Below are positions 62,928 through 64,000 of a stretch of 64,000 nucleotides of DNA, piece by piece. Source of the DNA: Spirochaetia bacterium. GTDB lineage: Bacteria; Spirochaetota; Spirochaetia; SZUA-6; Bin103. Position 1 is the stretch's first letter, and each line of letters opens with the position of its first letter. The notes beneath the pieces were generated by a model. The model was not told the DNA's origin, did no database searches, and saw only the letters and a program-made list of their open reading frames with translations. The position numbers and the translations under genes are program-made. The stretch lies in contig CBDATQ010000002.1 in the NCBI GenBank assembly GCA_965199955.1, positions 1,248,001-1,312,000 on the forward strand, written 5' to 3'.

Positions 62928-64000
62928 ATGAAGATCACGGACATCAAGCTGATCACGCTGGAGCTTCCCGAGGGAGGCGGGCCGGAGCGCATCCCGCAGC
63001 TCGTGCAGGTGCCCGGCTTGCACCGCATCCAGTACCGGGCAGGCGTGAATCCGGAGCGGGAGCCGATCCTGACGGCCCCGGCGAAGCCACGCGAGCACGT
63101 CGTGGAGGTGCGCACGGACGAAGGCATCACCGGCCGCGTTCCCGCCTCGACCATGGACGCGTACCACGTCGACCTGGTGCGTTCGATGGCCATCGGCGAG
63201 GACCCGCTGCACCGCGAGCGGCTCTACCAGATGTTCCACAAAGGGACCCGCTGGGTGTACCAGAAGCCGGGCTGGTTCGGCGACTTCGACAACTGCCTGT
63301 GGGACATCGCCGGCAAGGCGGCGGGGCTTCCCGTGCACGCCCTGATCGGCCGGGTGCGCGACCGCTTCCCCTGCTATCTGACCGGCGGCGACATGGATCG
63401 CAACGGCTACTTCGAGCACATCGACGCCGCCCGCGAGATGGGGATCGGCGCCTACAAGTTCCACACCTACAAGGGCGGCAAGGCCGACATCCCGCTGTTC
63501 GAGGAGGTGCGCGAGGCGGTCGGGCCCGACTTCGACCTGATCAACGACCCGGTCTGCTCATACGACCTGCGCGAGGCGATCGAGGTGGGCCGCGTAATGG
63601 AGGAGCTGGGGTTCGTCTGGCTGGAGGAGCCGTTCCACGAGCAGAAGATGCACCACTACCAGGAGCTGTGCGGCGCGCTCGACATGCCGGTGATGGCCAA
63701 CGAGATGCTCATGCACGACATCGGCATCTCCACCCAGTGGCTCATGCACGGCGCCACCGATCTGCTGCGCGCCAACGCCCGCCACGGCACGACGCTGGTG
63801 CTGAAAATGGCGCACTTCGCCGAGATGTACGACACCACCATCGAGATGAACGCGGCCGGCGGCGTGTACGGCCACATCCACGCCACGCTCGGCTGCTGCA
63901 TCGACAACACCAGCTACTACGAGTACATGAGCTATGCCCCGGACACGCTCCGCAAGCAGGGCGAGCCGTGGGGAATGGTGAACGCCCCCGTCATCGAGGA
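62928..64000 (+). CDS. Enolase-superfamily protein (3' truncated by window edge; absent from ORF track)
   Basis: Own translation: MKITDIK..RTDEGITG..DNCLWDIAGK..YKFH..INDP..WLEEP..ANE, open to the window end. Confidence 0.88.
   Translation, partial: MKITDIKLITLELPEGGGPERIPQLVQVPGLHRIQYRAGVNPEREPILTAPAKPREHVVEVRTDEGITGRVPASTMDAYHVDLVRSMAIGEDPLHRERLYQMFHKGTRWVYQKPGWFGDFDNCLWDIAGKAAGLPVHALIGRVRDRFPCYLTGGDMDRNGYFEHIDAAREMGIGAYKFHTYKGGKADIPLFEEVREAVGPDFDLINDPVCSYDLREAIEVGRVMEELGFVWLEEPFHEQKMHHYQELCGALDMPVMANEMLMHDIGISTQWLMHGATDLLRANARHGTTLVLKMAHFAEMYDTTIEMNAAGGVYGHIHATLGCCIDNTSYYEYMSYAPDTLRKQGEPWGMVNAPVIE

Overview
Very GC-rich (roughly 70% by eye) bacterial DNA, most likely from a Spirochaetota member, inferred from the infC-rpmI-rplT-zapB-zapA order and the GerMN, NusG-II/Gx-transporter and TPR-PilZ-tsaE-tsaB genes. 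The window has two halves. Bases 1-31 kb are mostly housekeeping: metK, mfd, an MrfA/MrfB-like helicase-exonuclease pair, NagZ-type GH3, lipoate ligase, tsaBE, infC operon, metXW, hisHF and thiI with a cysteine desulfurase. Bases 31-64 kb are a dense patchwork of stand-alone catabolic enzymes (enolase superfamily, Gfo/Idh/MocA, aldo-keto reductases, sulfatase, PHP hydrolase, 2-oxoacid dehydrogenase E1/E2, SDR, MDR) with no recognisable transporter or dedicated regulator. Many spacers hold decayed toxin-antitoxin or enzyme fragments, several not annotated by the ORF track (HigA, nucleotidyltransferase, XRE-type, NDK-like, 2-hydroxyacid dehydrogenase). The most notable points are: an E2 subunit whose catalytic DHR motif reads DCR; a sulfatase-fold enzyme with Thr at the nucleophile position; an SDR with YxxxM; a sigma54-type promoter at hsp20; a 60-bp palindrome before an AAA14/DUF4143 gene; and a short dispersed repeat directly behind two catabolic genes embedded in the core region. 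I saw no rRNA, tRNA, CRISPR array or intact transposase/integrase. All family calls come from motif recognition, not database searches.
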